Source: a virus. From it: DNA of 64,000 nucleotides. This document shows, one piece after another, positions 9,464 to 20,127 of the stretch (the first letter of the stretch is position 1; each line of letters starts with the position of its first letter). The notes under the pieces are model-generated. The model saw only the letters and a program-made list of their open reading frames with translations, was not told the origin of the DNA and searched no databases. The translations under genes and the position numbers were made by a program. Location: IMG/VR virus record IMGVR_UViG_3300036780_000414, positions 1 through 64,000 of that record, one strand, 5' to 3'.

Positions 9464-9879
9464 GCGCCGCTGCTGAGTCAGCTGTCTGCGCGTGGGTCAA
9501 CAGCCGCCCGATCGTGGGTGACGGGAACCCGCTGTCCCGTGGCGCGTACCTCCGCGACCAGGCGAGCCCCGCTGACGGCGCGTACGCGGTGATCGCCCGC
9601 ACCCCGGAAGGCGTCACGCCGTTCGGGGTGGCCGAGGAAGACAGCCTCACCCTGGCGCGCATCCAGGCGCAGGTGTTCGCCGGCGACGAGGACACAGCGG
9701 AACGGGCCGCCGCTGCGCTGCGCAGCGAGTTCGAGAAGCTGACCGGCAAGCCTGAGCCGTGCGGGGACACGGGCGTCACCGTCCTGGTGACCGACAACCG
9801 CAACGGCCCGTTCTTCGTGCCCGGCACAGCGGAAGCGTACTGCTTCCAGGTCGGCGCGGACTTCCTACTGACCGGATGA
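9460..9879 (+). CDS. Tail terminator (probable)
   Basis: Synteny after gp10-like gene; 139 aa with IQAQVFA. Confidence 0.6.
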   Translation: MSAAAESAVCAWVNSRPIVGDGNPLSRGAYLRDQASPADGAYAVIARTPEGVTPFGVAEEDSLTLARIQAQVFAGDEDTAERAAAALRSEFEKLTGKPEPCGDTGVTVLVTDNRNGPFFVPGTAEAYCFQVGADFLLTG

Positions 9880-9892
9880 GGAGAGAGATGAC

Positions 9893-10258
9893 ATGGCGGC
9901 ACTGGCAATCATCGGCGCGGCTGACCGCGTAACCGGCGTTGACCTCACGGCGGCGCTGACCGCCGCGACCGGGGGTGGCGACACCATCCCGCCTGGCCCG
10001 GACGTGTACCTGCGCGTCAAGAACGGCAACGCCGCAGCGTGCGTGGTCACGGTCATGCAGGCCGGGGCGAACTCCGGGCCGAACGGAACGTTCCTCGCGC
10101 CGCTCGAACTCGGCTCAGTCCCTGCCACCACGGGTGACCGCGTATTCGGCCCGTTCCCGGCGGGCACCTTCGCGGACCCGAGCGACGGTCAGGTCCACCT
10201 GGCCTACAGCGTGTCCGCCACGGTCACGGTGGGCGTGTACCGCTTCCCGAACTCATAG
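9893..10258 (+). CDS. Hypothetical structural protein
   Basis: 121 aa beta-rich ORF in tail module. Confidence 0.6.
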   Translation: MAALAIIGAADRVTGVDLTAALTAATGGGDTIPPGPDVYLRVKNGNAAACVVTVMQAGANSGPNGTFLAPLELGSVPATTGDRVFGPFPAGTFADPSDGQVHLAYSVSATVTVGVYRFPNS

Positions 10259-10268
10259 GGGTGTACTC

Positions 10269-10628
10269 GTGCCTACCAAGAGGACAGCAGACAGCCCCGC
10301 TCCGGATGACGCTCCCGTCCAGGGACCAGGAAACGGAGCTGGCGGGACGGACAGCCCGGAGGACACCAGCGCACCAGGGTCCGTCCCCGCAGCGCCCCCG
10401 CCGCCTGTACGCCCCGCGCCGCCCTACTACATCGCCAGGGAAGCTCTGTTCGTCGGCGGCAACGCCGGCACGATGCCCGTCCGCGCGTTCAACGCCGGCC
10501 AGAGAGTACCAGCCGACCTGGTGGCCCCCAACGGGTGGGCAAGCAAGGTCACCCGTCCCGGCGACACCGATACGCCTGCGCCCGCAGCCACACAGGAAGA
10601 GGACGCCGAACCGGCGGGACAGGAGTAA
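10269..10628 (+). CDS. Hypothetical Pro-rich protein
   Basis: In-frame GTG at 10269 within ORF 9975-10628; fills gap before major tail gene. Confidence 0.5.
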   Translation: MPTKRTADSPAPDDAPVQGPGNGAGGTDSPEDTSAPGSVPAAPPPPVRPAPPYYIAREALFVGGNAGTMPVRAFNAGQRVPADLVAPNGWASKVTRPGDTDTPAPAATQEEDAEPAGQE

Positions 10629-10631
10629 GCG

Positions 10632-11192
10632 ATGACAACGCGCGGCAATCCCGCTGCCCTCGCACTGGGACCGGGCAAGCTCTACATCGGGCCGCTGGGC
10701 ACGACAGAGCCAGCCGACCTGACTACGGACTGGGCGTCGGTGTCAGCGGCATGGGTGCTGCTGGGTTACACAGACACCGGGTCAGAGTTCAAGTACGCGC
10801 TGGCGACCGACCCGGTGGAAGTAGCCGAGGAACTGGACCCGATCAGCAACCAGACCACCGGCCGCACGTCCACCGTGACGTTCGCGCTCGCGGAGATCAC
10901 CGCGACGAACCTCCAGCGGGCCATGAACGGCGGCACCATCACCAGCGGGTCCGGCATCGTCACGTTCGAGCCGCCCGACCTGGGCACCGAAGTGCGGACC
11001 ATGCTCGGCTTCGAGTCTGAGGACGCCACCGAGCGGTGGGTTTACCGGCAGTGCTACCAGACCGGCGACTCAACCATCACCAGGGCCAAGGGCGCGGCCA
11101 AGGCGACTATCTCCTGCGAGTTCACCCTGGAGAAGCCCGCCACCGGCGCGAAGCTCTACAAGGCCATCATGCAGAGCCCGCTGCGGGCCTAG
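10632..11192 (+). CDS. Major tail protein
   Basis: GPGKLYIGPLGT.EP, W..LGYT..G motifs; precedes chaperone and tape measure. Confidence 0.85.
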   Translation: MTTRGNPAALALGPGKLYIGPLGTTEPADLTTDWASVSAAWVLLGYTDTGSEFKYALATDPVEVAEELDPISNQTTGRTSTVTFALAEITATNLQRAMNGGTITSGSGIVTFEPPDLGTEVRTMLGFESEDATERWVYRQCYQTGDSTITRAKGAAKATISCEFTLEKPATGAKLYKAIMQSPLRA

Positions 11193-11210
11193 CAGGAGGA
11201 GGCAAGGGAC

Positions 11211-11786
11211 ATGCGCTCGTTCACCAGCCAGCCGGATCCGGGGCAGGCAGAGGAAACCCCCGACATCACACCGGACGAATTCGAGTCGTTCACGTTCGCA
11301 CTGGACGGCGTGACGTTCACGTGCGCGCTGCGCACCGACGCTGACGCGCTGATCGAGTGGAGTGAGTTCGCGGCGGCGGTGCTCGACAGCGACATCGACA
11401 GTGAGAGCCCGGAGGGGGTGGCGCTGACAAGCAAGCTGCTGCGGCTCGCGATGCCGAACGGCGAGTACCGGCGGTTCCGGTCGCACCTGCGCCAGCAGCA
11501 CACCAAGCCGGACGTGCTGATGCAGGTGCTCCAGTGCATCAACGAGGAGATGGAGCAGGCGGTCGCCAGGCGCACCAGGCGCCCTACCGGGCAGCCGTCG
11601 CCCTCCTCCAGTGGGGCTACGGCGCCGGGCGGTCGCGTGTCGAAGGTCATCTCATTGCAGGCCGGGGACGTGACGGTGGTCCCGATGCCCGAGCCGCAGG
11701 ACCACAAGCCCAAGCAGGACGGGCGGCAGAGCAGCGCCAAGCAGGTACGCGGCGCGGGGCGCAAGAGGACCGCTTCCGCCAGCTGA
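11211..11786 (+). CDS. Tail assembly chaperone
   Basis: AGGAGGAGG SD; synteny; RPTGQPSPSSSG segment. Confidence 0.75.
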   Translation: MRSFTSQPDPGQAEETPDITPDEFESFTFALDGVTFTCALRTDADALIEWSEFAAAVLDSDIDSESPEGVALTSKLLRLAMPNGEYRRFRSHLRQQHTKPDVLMQVLQCINEEMEQAVARRTRRPTGQPSPSSSGATAPGGRVSKVISLQAGDVTVVPMPEPQDHKPKQDGRQSSAKQVRGAGRKRTASAS

Positions 11787-12025
11787 GCCTGCGGGACCAG
11801 TGCGACCTGGCCGAGCTGACATGGGGTGAGGAGGCAGACCGGCACGACACGCTGCGGCTCCTGGCGCTGGTCGCCAGGGGCTTGCGCATCAAGGGCCTCG
11901 AAGGGTACGAGCCGCCGTCCGAGCAGATCGCCGGCATGTTCGAGGAGGAGGACGAGCCGGACAGCGGCAGCGAGGAGCGCAGGTTGCACGTGATCAGGTT
12001 CATGAAGGCCACGGGCGGCGCCTGA
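11783..12025 (+). CDS. Second tail assembly chaperone segment (probable frameshift extension)
   Basis: -1 frame ORF (11534-12025) whose coding-like part lies between TAC stop and tape measure start; no obvious own start codon. Confidence 0.5.
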   Translation: MSLRDQCDLAELTWGEEADRHDTLRLLALVARGLRIKGLEGYEPPSEQIAGMFEEEDEPDSGSEERRLHVIRFMKATGGA

Positions 12026-15000
12026 TGCCGTCGATGGCTGACGCGTTCCTGCGGTTGCGGGTGGACCAGTCCCAGGTGCAGAAAGACACCCAGGCCGGGC
12101 TTAACAGCGTGGACACCACCAGCGCCGGGAAGAAAGCCGGGGCGTCGTACGGCGGCAGCTTCAGCAAGCAGGTGACCAGCAGCACCAAGGGGACCGCAGG
12201 GAAGGTCATCTCCGACGCGGACGCGCGCAGCAGCGGGTCGAAGGCGGGCACGTCGTTCGGGTCGGAGCTCAGGGCGTCGATCACCAAGGCGCTGTCCGGG
12301 TTCAGCCTGTCGAAGATCCTCGGCGGCGGCGGCGAGGGCGACAACGCGGCCACTAAGACGCTGAACAGCGGCGGCATCCTCGGCGGGCTGCTGCCCGGCA
12401 TCGCGGGGCTCTCGGGGCTGAAGGCGACGATCGTCGGCATCGGCGGGGCCGCAGTCGCCGCGCTGCCTGCCGTGACGGCGCTCGGGGCCGGGTTCGTCGG
12501 CATCGGCGGGGCCGTCTCCGCTATCGCGCTCGGCGCCAAGACGCTGATCGGCACGAAGCAGGACATGGGGCCGCTGTACGCGCAGGCGCAGGCGGTCGCG
12601 AAGTCGTACGAGGCGACCATGCAGACGGCCGCCCAGTCGATGCTGGTGCCGCTGCGTAACGCGATGGGCCAGCTCCCTGCGCTGCTCAAGTCGATCCAGC
12701 CGGCTATCAGCTCCGTGTTCGCCGGGGCGGGGACGCTGATCGCGCCGCTGCTGACACAGCTCACCTACACGGCACAGGACGTGCTGCCGCTGCTCGGCGG
12801 CGCGTTCCGCGCGGTGGCACCGCTGGTGACACCGCTGCTGACCGGCATACGGACGCTAGTCGTGTCCATCCTGCCGCCGATGGTCACCCTGATCCGGGCG
12901 GCGCAGCCGGCGTTCAACGCGTTCGCGTCGATCCTGACCACCCTCGGGGGCAACCTCGGCAAGATGTTCACCAGCTTTACCCCCGTCATCGCCGCCAGCA
13001 GCACCATCCTGCGCACCCTCCTTGACGTGCTGACGGCTATCCTGCCGATCGTCGGCTCCCTGGCAGGCGTGCTGGCGTCAGCCCTCGCACCCGTATTCGG
13101 GACGTTCGCGGCGGCCGTCAAGGCGGTCCTGCCCGCGCTGACCACCGTCGGCGGGGTCATCGCGTCCCTGGCAGGCGCGGTCCTCACCGACCTGTCCGGA
13201 GTGTTCTCCTCCCTGGCAAGGTTCGTCGCGGACATCGCACCCAGCCTGAACATCCTCGGCAAAGCGCTAGCCCAGTCGTTCGCGGTACTGGAGAACAGCG
13301 GTGTCTTCGCCATCCTGGGCGACGCGGTCGAGCGGCTGGTACCTGTCATCGCGCAGCTGGTCAACACGCTGGTAACCGGGCTTGCCCCGTCGTTCCCGCA
13401 GATCATCCAGGCGGCCAGCCAGCTGTCCACCATCCTGGTGTCGCTGCTGACCGCCGGGCTGACGCAGGTACTCACCGCTGTGACACCGCTGGTAGCGGTC
13501 CTCGCGTCCTCCGCGTCGTCGCTGATCACCTGGCTGAACAACACCGGGGCGCTTGTGCCTGTGCTAGCCGCCCTGCTGGCCGTCACCAAGGGCTGGACGA
13601 TCGCTGTGGCGACGGCCAAGGGCGCAATGGTGGCGTGGGGTGCCATCATGACCGCCTTCAACATCCTGACCGATTACCAGACCATCGCGCTCAAGGCCAT
13701 GTACGGCTGGGACCTGCTGATAGCCGCCGCTACCAAGGCATGGGCCATCGCGCAGGCGGCGCTGGACCTGGTGATGGACGCCGGGATCATCGGCCTGGTA
13801 GTGGTGGCCGTGGTGGCGCTCGCCGCCGCCCTGGTAGAGGCGTGGCAGCACAGCGCCACGTTCCGCGACGTGCTTATCGACACCTGGCACGGCATACAGG
13901 CTGCCTGGTCAGCGGCAGGCGCGTTCTTCGCCCAGGTTGGCGCCGCCCTGGTGGCCGCCTGGGGCACCATCACCGCCGCATGGGGTACTGCCGTAGCGTT
14001 CTTCGCTGGCATCGTGGCCAGCGTAACCGGCGTCTTCACCGGATTCGCGGGGGCGGTGACCGGCGAGTTCGACAAGATCATGACGTTCGTGACGAGCAGC
14101 TTCGATACCTGGTGGGCGGCCAACGGGGCGGCACTGGAAAAAATCTGGTCGGCGCTGTGGGGCGCGATCAGCGCGGTGGCGACCGCCGTGTGGGGCGTGA
14201 TCACCGCCGTCGCGCAGGCGGGTTGGGCGGCACTTGTCGCCCTGTTCACCCTGGAATGGGCGGGCCTGACAACAGTGTGGAACGCCGGCTGGGCGGTGAT
14301 CTCCGCTGTCGTGACCACCGTGTGGTCGGTGATCAGCACGATTATCCGGACCGCGTGGCAGGTCATCGTCGCGCTGTTCACCGCCGATGTTCAGATCCTC
14401 CAGGCGGCCTGGTCGGTGTTCTGGGCGGTCCTGCAAGCGGCAGCGACCGTCGCATGGTCGCTGATCACCAATGCCGTCAAGGTGGCTTGGGCTGGCGTGC
14501 AGCTCGTCTTCACGACGGAGATCGCCGTCATCCAAGGGGTCTGGTCTGTGTTCTGGGCGGTCCTCAAGGCGGCGGCAGCCGTGTTCTGGGCGGCGATCCA
14601 GGCGGCAGTCAAGGTCGCCTGGGATGTCGTGGTCGGGCTGTTCACCGTGGCGATCAACCTGCTGACCGGCAACTGGCACGGTGCGTGGGTCGCGATGCAG
14701 ACCATGTTCACGCAGGTGTGGAACGCGATCGAGGCGTTCCTGCGGACGACGCTGACCGCAATCGAGTCAGTGCTGACGACCGCCTGGACAACGGTCCAGA
14801 ACACCATCCGGTCAGTGTGGGGCGGGATCCAGTCGTATCTCAGTACGGTCTGGGGTGCGATCCGGTCGGTGTTCTCAACCGCTGTCGCCGCTGTGGCGTC
14901 GGTCCTGGCGACGGCCTGGTCGGGGATCTCGAAGGCGGCCCAGGCGGCGTTCAACGGGCTGAAGTCGGCGCTGTCCACCATCTGGGGCGGCATCAAGTCG

Positions 15001-16245
15001 GTCCTCGAAGCGCCGATCACCGCCGTGGTGAACGCGGTCATCAACCCGTTTATCGGCGGGATCGACACGGTGCTGTCATGGGTCGGCATCAAGGGCATCC
15101 CGAAGATCCCCGGCTTCGCGGCGGGCGGACTGCTCAACCTCGCAGCCGGCGGGCGGCTACCCGGTTACGGCGGCGGTGACCGCAGGATGATCATGGCTGA
15201 GGACGGGGAGACGGTGGTCAGCAAGACCACCAGCAAGGCGATGGCCCCGCTGTTCGGCGCGTACGGGGTGCCCGGTTACGCGGGCGGCGGCATCGTCGGT
15301 GACATCATCAGCTCGATCCCCGGCGCGTCGGCGGTCATCGACGCCACGAAGTTCATCAGCGGTGACGTGCTCAAGGCGCTGGACGTGATCGGGAACGCAG
15401 CCGGGCAGGTCGCCGCTGCGGTCGGCTCAGGCAACGTCGGGCACATGATCGGCGACATCGCGACGAAGGTGGTCACCGCGCCGGTCGCGAAAGTTGAGTC
15501 GCTGGTCAAGAGTAAGATCCTCGGGCCGGTCACCTCATTCCTGTCGTCGCTGCTGGCTCCCGCGCCGGGCTCCCCGCAGTCGATGGCGTCGATCGCACCA
15601 GGTGTGGCGGCAGCGCAGAAGTACGCGCTCGGGCTGGTTGAGCAGATGTGGCCGAACAGCTCCACCACCAACTACTCCTCGCTGGTCGCCCTGTGGAACG
15701 GCGAGTCCGGGTGGAACTACCAGGCTGACAACCCGAGCAGCGGCGCGTACGGGATCCCGCAGGCGCTCCCGGCCGACAAGATGGCCAGCGCCGGCGCGGA
15801 CTGGAAGACGAACGCGGCCACGCAGATCCGCTGGGGCCTCGGCTACATCCAGAGCGTGTACGGCAGCCCCAATGCGGCGCTGACACTGTGGGAGTCGCGG
15901 AACCCGCACTGGTACCGGGAAGGCGGCCAGGTCGGCCCGTACGGCGGCCGGTGGCAGCCGAAGACACGCCGGTACGCCAACGGCGGCAGCATCCCCGAAC
16001 CGGTCATCGGGCTCGGGGCGCGCAGCGGCGCAGGCTACCAGTTCGACCAGGGCGAGGAAGTCGCGAGCACGGCGGCGCTCGCGGCGACCTCCTCGAAGCT
16101 GGACGCGATCGAGTCGGCCGTGAACCGGCTTAACAGCACCACGTCACGCGTGCCCGCCGGGGTCGGGAAGTCGGTCGGCGGCGCACTCGGCGGCAGCGCT
16201 TCCGACGCGGCGTTCCGCGGTCGCTACCCGCGTAAGGGATGGTAG
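12025..16245 (+). CDS. Tape measure protein with C-terminal lytic transglycosylase domain
   Basis: 1406 aa Ala/Leu-rich with periodic Trp repeats; ESGWNYQADNPSSGAYGIPQALP SLT motif. Confidence 0.93.
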   Translation: MPSMADAFLRLRVDQSQVQKDTQAGLNSVDTTSAGKKAGASYGGSFSKQVTSSTKGTAGKVISDADARSSGSKAGTSFGSELRASITKALSGFSLSKILGGGGEGDNAATKTLNSGGILGGLLPGIAGLSGLKATIVGIGGAAVAALPAVTALGAGFVGIGGAVSAIALGAKTLIGTKQDMGPLYAQAQAVAKSYEATMQTAAQSMLVPLRNAMGQLPALLKSIQPAISSVFAGAGTLIAPLLTQLTYTAQDVLPLLGGAFRAVAPLVTPLLTGIRTLVVSILPPMVTLIRAAQPAFNAFASILTTLGGNLGKMFTSFTPVIAASSTILRTLLDVLTAILPIVGSLAGVLASALAPVFGTFAAAVKAVLPALTTVGGVIASLAGAVLTDLSGVFSSLARFVADIAPSLNILGKALAQSFAVLENSGVFAILGDAVERLVPVIAQLVNTLVTGLAPSFPQIIQAASQLSTILVSLLTAGLTQVLTAVTPLVAVLASSASSLITWLNNTGALVPVLAALLAVTKGWTIAVATAKGAMVAWGAIMTAFNILTDYQTIALKAMYGWDLLIAAATKAWAIAQAALDLVMDAGIIGLVVVAVVALAAALVEAWQHSATFRDVLIDTWHGIQAAWSAAGAFFAQVGAALVAAWGTITAAWGTAVAFFAGIVASVTGVFTGFAGAVTGEFDKIMTFVTSSFDTWWAANGAALEKIWSALWGAISAVATAVWGVITAVAQAGWAALVALFTLEWAGLTTVWNAGWAVISAVVTTVWSVISTIIRTAWQVIVALFTADVQILQAAWSVFWAVLQAAATVAWSLITNAVKVAWAGVQLVFTTEIAVIQGVWSVFWAVLKAAAAVFWAAIQAAVKVAWDVVVGLFTVAINLLTGNWHGAWVAMQTMFTQVWNAIEAFLRTTLTAIESVLTTAWTTVQNTIRSVWGGIQSYLSTVWGAIRSVFSTAVAAVASVLATAWSGISKAAQAAFNGLKSALSTIWGGIKSVLEAPITAVVNAVINPFIGGIDTVLSWVGIKGIPKIPGFAAGGLLNLAAGGRLPGYGGGDRRMIMAEDGETVVSKTTSKAMAPLFGAYGVPGYAGGGIVGDIISSIPGASAVIDATKFISGDVLKALDVIGNAAGQVAAAVGSGNVGHMIGDIATKVVTAPVAKVESLVKSKILGPVTSFLSSLLAPAPGSPQSMASIAPGVAAAQKYALGLVEQMWPNSSTTNYSSLVALWNGESGWNYQADNPSSGAYGIPQALPADKMASAGADWKTNAATQIRWGLGYIQSVYGSPNAALTLWESRNPHWYREGGQVGPYGGRWQPKTRRYANGGSIPEPVIGLGARSGAGYQFDQGEEVASTAALAATSSKLDAIESAVNRLNSTTSRVPAGVGKSVGGALGGSASDAAFRGRYPRKGW

Positions 16246-19200
16246 ATGGAAAGCCTGGTCCTCGGTGACATTGAGCTGCTGGGCGGCGGCATCGAGTCCG
16301 TCAACCCGATGTGCGACGGCGCGGTCTTCCGGCTGCTGCCCGGCTTCGACCCCGGCGCCCCGGACCCGACGACCAGTGAGGTCGCGTCGCTGCTGCTGGA
16401 CGGCACCATCAACTACGGCCGCAGGGCGGACAACCGCACGGTGACATTGCCGGTGTGGATCATCGCACCGAGCCGGGACGTGCTGTCCGGTGCGCGTGAG
16501 CACATCCAGCAGGTCATCGACCAGGAGATGTGGGCGCTGACGTGGGCGCGGGAACGTGACCTGGCCGGGGAGCTGCCGGCGCTGCCGATGATCCTCGACT
16601 GCCAGCGGGCGGCGGCAACGCAGGTTGAGGCGGACCTGATCCGCGAGAAGCAGTTCTGCATGAAGCTGACCGTCAGCTTCCCGGCGCTCCCGTACGGCAG
16701 GAGTGACACCCAGCAGCGGCTCCAGTTCGCGAGCCCTGTGCCGTCCGGGCCGCCCGCCCCGCCGTCGCCGGTGCTGATCGACGACTACTCGACTATCAGC
16801 TCCCCGGTCTGCTACCAGTCCACCCGGTGCGTTGTCGGGCCGCACAGCTGCGCGTGGGACCCGGACGGGTTCGGTGACCCCGGCGGGCAGAACAGCCTGT
16901 TCGATTACAGTGCGGTCCTGGCCAACGTCGTCAACCTGGCTGGCATGTCGTCGGTGTCGGTGTACCTGGGGTTCGGGTCACGCTGGTACTGGAACCTGCC
17001 GTACCACGGGCAGCACGTCGCCCGCGTCACCCTCACCTTGACTGACACGTCAGGTAAAACGCTGTCGATGACGCGGAACGATGTCCGGCTGCCGGTCACG
17101 CCGCTGCCGCAGTCGCCGTTCTTCAGCCCGGTCACGATGCGCATCCCGACCACCGACCCGGTGTTCAACTACGGGAACGTAGCCGGGTACGAGCTGACCG
17201 TCTCGAACCATCACCCGTTCGGCCGGCATCACCTGCGGTGGGTGACGCTGTACGTGGACGACCTGACCGCTTACCCGGACTCGCAGACGGTGACACCGGT
17301 CACCAGGGGCGCGGTCTACACGCTGCGCGGCCTCAAGGGGACCGCCCGCGCGCCGATGTCGAGTTCGTTCACCCAGCCGCCGACGCCGGGTACCGCGACT
17401 ACCGTAACGGCGGCGGGCCTCGGCAGTTACACCGCCCCGGCGGGCACCGCATGGCTTGCGGTGCAGGGTGAGGGGTCCGGCGGGCCGGGCGCGTCCTTGA
17501 CGGGTGCCGGGCTGGGTGCCGGCGGCGGCGCGGCTGAGAGCGCACGCGAGGACGTGTTCCCCGCGTCGGCTGGCGATGTCATCCCGTACAACGTGGGGGC
17601 TGGCGGCACGCCCGGCAACGACGGGCAGGCGACGACGTTCGGGCCTGGCCCGGCCGGGCCGCTGGTGCTGACCGCGAACGGCGGGAAGGCGGCCAGCGGG
17701 ACCACGGGCGGCCTCGGCGGCACCGGCTCAACCAACAGCGTGCACTACGACGGCGGGAAAGGCCGGGATGCTACGGGGTCGCTCGGTGCGGGCGGCGGCT
17801 CGTCTGGTGGCACGTCGGGGCCTGGGCAGACGCCGATGGGTACCACGTCGACGAGTTTTACCAGTGCGGGCACCACCAGCTGGACTTCGCCGTTCACCGG
17901 CCTGATCTACGCGGAGGTGTGGGGCTCGGGTGCGGGCGGTGCGACCGGCTACTTCGGCGGTAACGGGCAGGCCGGGTCTGGTGGTGAGTACGCGGCTCAG
18001 TTCGTGCCGGTCACCAAGGGCAGCAACTACGCGGTTGTCGTCGCCGCACCTGGTGCGGGGGCGTCCGGCGGCAACCAGCTGCCCGGCAGCAACGGGAACA
18101 GCTCGTCGTTCACCGCTGACGGCGGCGTGCAGGTCACCGGGCACGGCGGCACCAGGGGCGTGGCCAGTAACTCCTCAGGTAACGGGCCGGCTGGCGGCAC
18201 CGGCTCAGCGAACAGCGTCCACCATGACGGCGGGCGGGGCGGCGGCGCGGAACCGTACGGCGGCGGCGGCGGGTCATCCGGGTCACCGTCAGGTAACGGG
18301 AACAACGGCGACAGTTACGGCAACCCCGGATCGGCGCCGGCTGACGGTGGCGCGGGCGGTGCCGGGTCCGGGCCGAACACCTCCACTCACGGGTCGAACG
18401 GGTCGGCTCCCGGCGGTGGCGGCGGCGGCACGTACTTCAGCACCACGGCGGGTAACGGCGCGGCGGGCAAGGTGCGGCTGTCCGTCCCCGGAGGCACCCC
18501 GGACCAGTTCGGCGCGCCCGCAGTTACGGGCGGCGGCGCGGGCGGGAACGGCGGGGCCACGGCGAACAGCGGTGGCACGGCTGGTGCTCAGCCGGGCGGC
18601 GGCGGCGGCGGCGCGAACAGCACCGGGTCGGCTGAGGTGGGCGGGGACGGCGGGGACGGGAGGCTGGTCATCACCCCCTATGCGCCGGTCGCGTTCAAGT
18701 CGCTGCTGGTGCACCGGCCGCCGAAGGGCAGCTCGAAGCTGTTCCAGCCGCTCGTGTCGGTGGGCGGCGGGGCGGACACGCCGAACGGGGCCACCTGGTA
18801 CACGCTGCCCCAGCCGGTCAGCGGCGTATCCGCCGTGTTCCTCGGCACCTACACGTTCTACCTGATCGCGTCGTCGCTGAACGGGTCCGGTACGCGGACG
18901 GTCACCCTCACGGTGCGGCAGACAGAGTACAGCGGGGGGCCGACGTACAGCATCGCGACGGTGCCGGTGACGTTCTCCCCGGCGCAGCTGACGAACGGGC
19001 TGCTGTGCGCGGGGGTGCTGACGCTGCCGGTGAAGAAAGTCCCGCCGGACAACACGCAGGCGTCATGGGCGGTGTCAGTGACTGACACGAACACGGCAGA
19101 CCGCTGGTATGACTGCATCGCGCTGGACACTCAGGGGCAGACGGCGATCATCAATGAGCCGAGCACCGGATTCCAGACGTACTTCCTCGACGCACCGGAC

Positions 19201-19413
19201 CCGAACAAGAACCTGGGAAACGTGCTCGGCACCCAGACGGACAGGTCCGCTGCGGTGTCGGTGATGGGTGAGATGACCGCGTACACGGGCGGGCCGATGG
19301 TGGTCGAGCCGACTGACGGGGAGAACATGCTGTTCGCTTACTGCCCTGGGGCTCTGGCCCCGGCGGTCGGCGTCACGTACTTCGACACGTACTACTTCGA
19401 CCGCATCGACTGA
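16246..19413 (+). CDS. Minor tail protein with long glycine-rich region
   Basis: Directly after tape measure; Gly-rich repeats in the central part. Confidence 0.8.
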   Translation: MESLVLGDIELLGGGIESVNPMCDGAVFRLLPGFDPGAPDPTTSEVASLLLDGTINYGRRADNRTVTLPVWIIAPSRDVLSGAREHIQQVIDQEMWALTWARERDLAGELPALPMILDCQRAAATQVEADLIREKQFCMKLTVSFPALPYGRSDTQQRLQFASPVPSGPPAPPSPVLIDDYSTISSPVCYQSTRCVVGPHSCAWDPDGFGDPGGQNSLFDYSAVLANVVNLAGMSSVSVYLGFGSRWYWNLPYHGQHVARVTLTLTDTSGKTLSMTRNDVRLPVTPLPQSPFFSPVTMRIPTTDPVFNYGNVAGYELTVSNHHPFGRHHLRWVTLYVDDLTAYPDSQTVTPVTRGAVYTLRGLKGTARAPMSSSFTQPPTPGTATTVTAAGLGSYTAPAGTAWLAVQGEGSGGPGASLTGAGLGAGGGAAESAREDVFPASAGDVIPYNVGAGGTPGNDGQATTFGPGPAGPLVLTANGGKAASGTTGGLGGTGSTNSVHYDGGKGRDATGSLGAGGGSSGGTSGPGQTPMGTTSTSFTSAGTTSWTSPFTGLIYAEVWGSGAGGATGYFGGNGQAGSGGEYAAQFVPVTKGSNYAVVVAAPGAGASGGNQLPGSNGNSSSFTADGGVQVTGHGGTRGVASNSSGNGPAGGTGSANSVHHDGGRGGGAEPYGGGGGSSGSPSGNGNNGDSYGNPGSAPADGGAGGAGSGPNTSTHGSNGSAPGGGGGGTYFSTTAGNGAAGKVRLSVPGGTPDQFGAPAVTGGGAGGNGGATANSGGTAGAQPGGGGGGANSTGSAEVGGDGGDGRLVITPYAPVAFKSLLVHRPPKGSSKLFQPLVSVGGGADTPNGATWYTLPQPVSGVSAVFLGTYTFYLIASSLNGSGTRTVTLTVRQTEYSGGPTYSIATVPVTFSPAQLTNGLLCAGVLTLPVKKVPPDNTQASWAVSVTDTNTADRWYDCIALDTQGQTAIINEPSTGFQTYFLDAPDPNKNLGNVLGTQTDRSAAVSVMGEMTAYTGGPMVVEPTDGENMLFAYCPGALAPAVGVTYFDTYYFDRID

Positions 19414-19423
19414 GGGGCTGACC

Positions 19424-20119
19424 ATGGGCAAGTTCGGGATACTCGCGTCGGTCGCGGCGGCTGAGCTGGCAGGGCACTGGCTCGGCCTCGGGTACGGGTT
19501 CCTGGTGATGCTGGCCGCGTTCACGTTCGTAGCGCTGCGGATGAGCGCCACGATGGCCACGGGCAGCAACGCGCTGGTCAAGGCGCAGGCAGCGCACCAG
19601 CGGCTGGACCTGCTGGTGCCGAAGGTCGGCACGATCGAGACGACAGCGAACGGCGCGCAGACCACGGCGAACAACGCCCTGCCTAAGAGCGGCGGCACGG
19701 TCACCGGCAACCTGACGGTGAACGGTGACCACACCATCGCCGGCAACCTGCTCGGCAGCGGCGGCACCCTGACCACGGGCAGCAACTTCCACGTCAGCGG
19801 CGGCGGCGCCACCGTCGACCTCGGGCTGACGGTGCACGGCAACCACAGCGTGGACGGCAACGCGGCGATCGGCGGGACCCTGAGCGGAGCCAGCGGCGGC
19901 ACGGTGGAGTCAACCGCGATCCACGCGGGCGGCACGATCCTCGCTGACGGCCAGGTGAACGCCGTAGGGAACATGAGCGCAGGCAACTTCGGCGGGCCGT
20001 ACCAGGGCGGCCAGGGCGCGGTGACACCGGTACCCACCACCGGCTTCACCCTCGCGGAGACCGCCACGGCGGTTAACGGGGTCATCAACCGGCTAGACTC
20101 GTCCGGGCTGATCAGCTAG
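19424..20119 (+). CDS. Tail fibre-like/minor virion protein with hydrophobic N-terminus
   Basis: ALPKSGGTVTGNLTV and Gly/Thr/Val beta-repeats. Confidence 0.6.
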   Translation: MGKFGILASVAAAELAGHWLGLGYGFLVMLAAFTFVALRMSATMATGSNALVKAQAAHQRLDLLVPKVGTIETTANGAQTTANNALPKSGGTVTGNLTVNGDHTIAGNLLGSGGTLTTGSNFHVSGGGATVDLGLTVHGNHSVDGNAAIGGTLSGASGGTVESTAIHAGGTILADGQVNAVGNMSAGNFGGPYQGGQGAVTPVPTTGFTLAETATAVNGVINRLDSSGLIS

Positions 20120-20127
20120 GAGGGCTC

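Noticed and set aside
12000-15179. Long alternative-frame and antisense ORFs over the tape measure (e.g. 13635-15179, 12765-13664)
   Set aside because: Shadow ORFs expected from high-GC codon bias; Arg/Gly-rich or antisense mirror sequence
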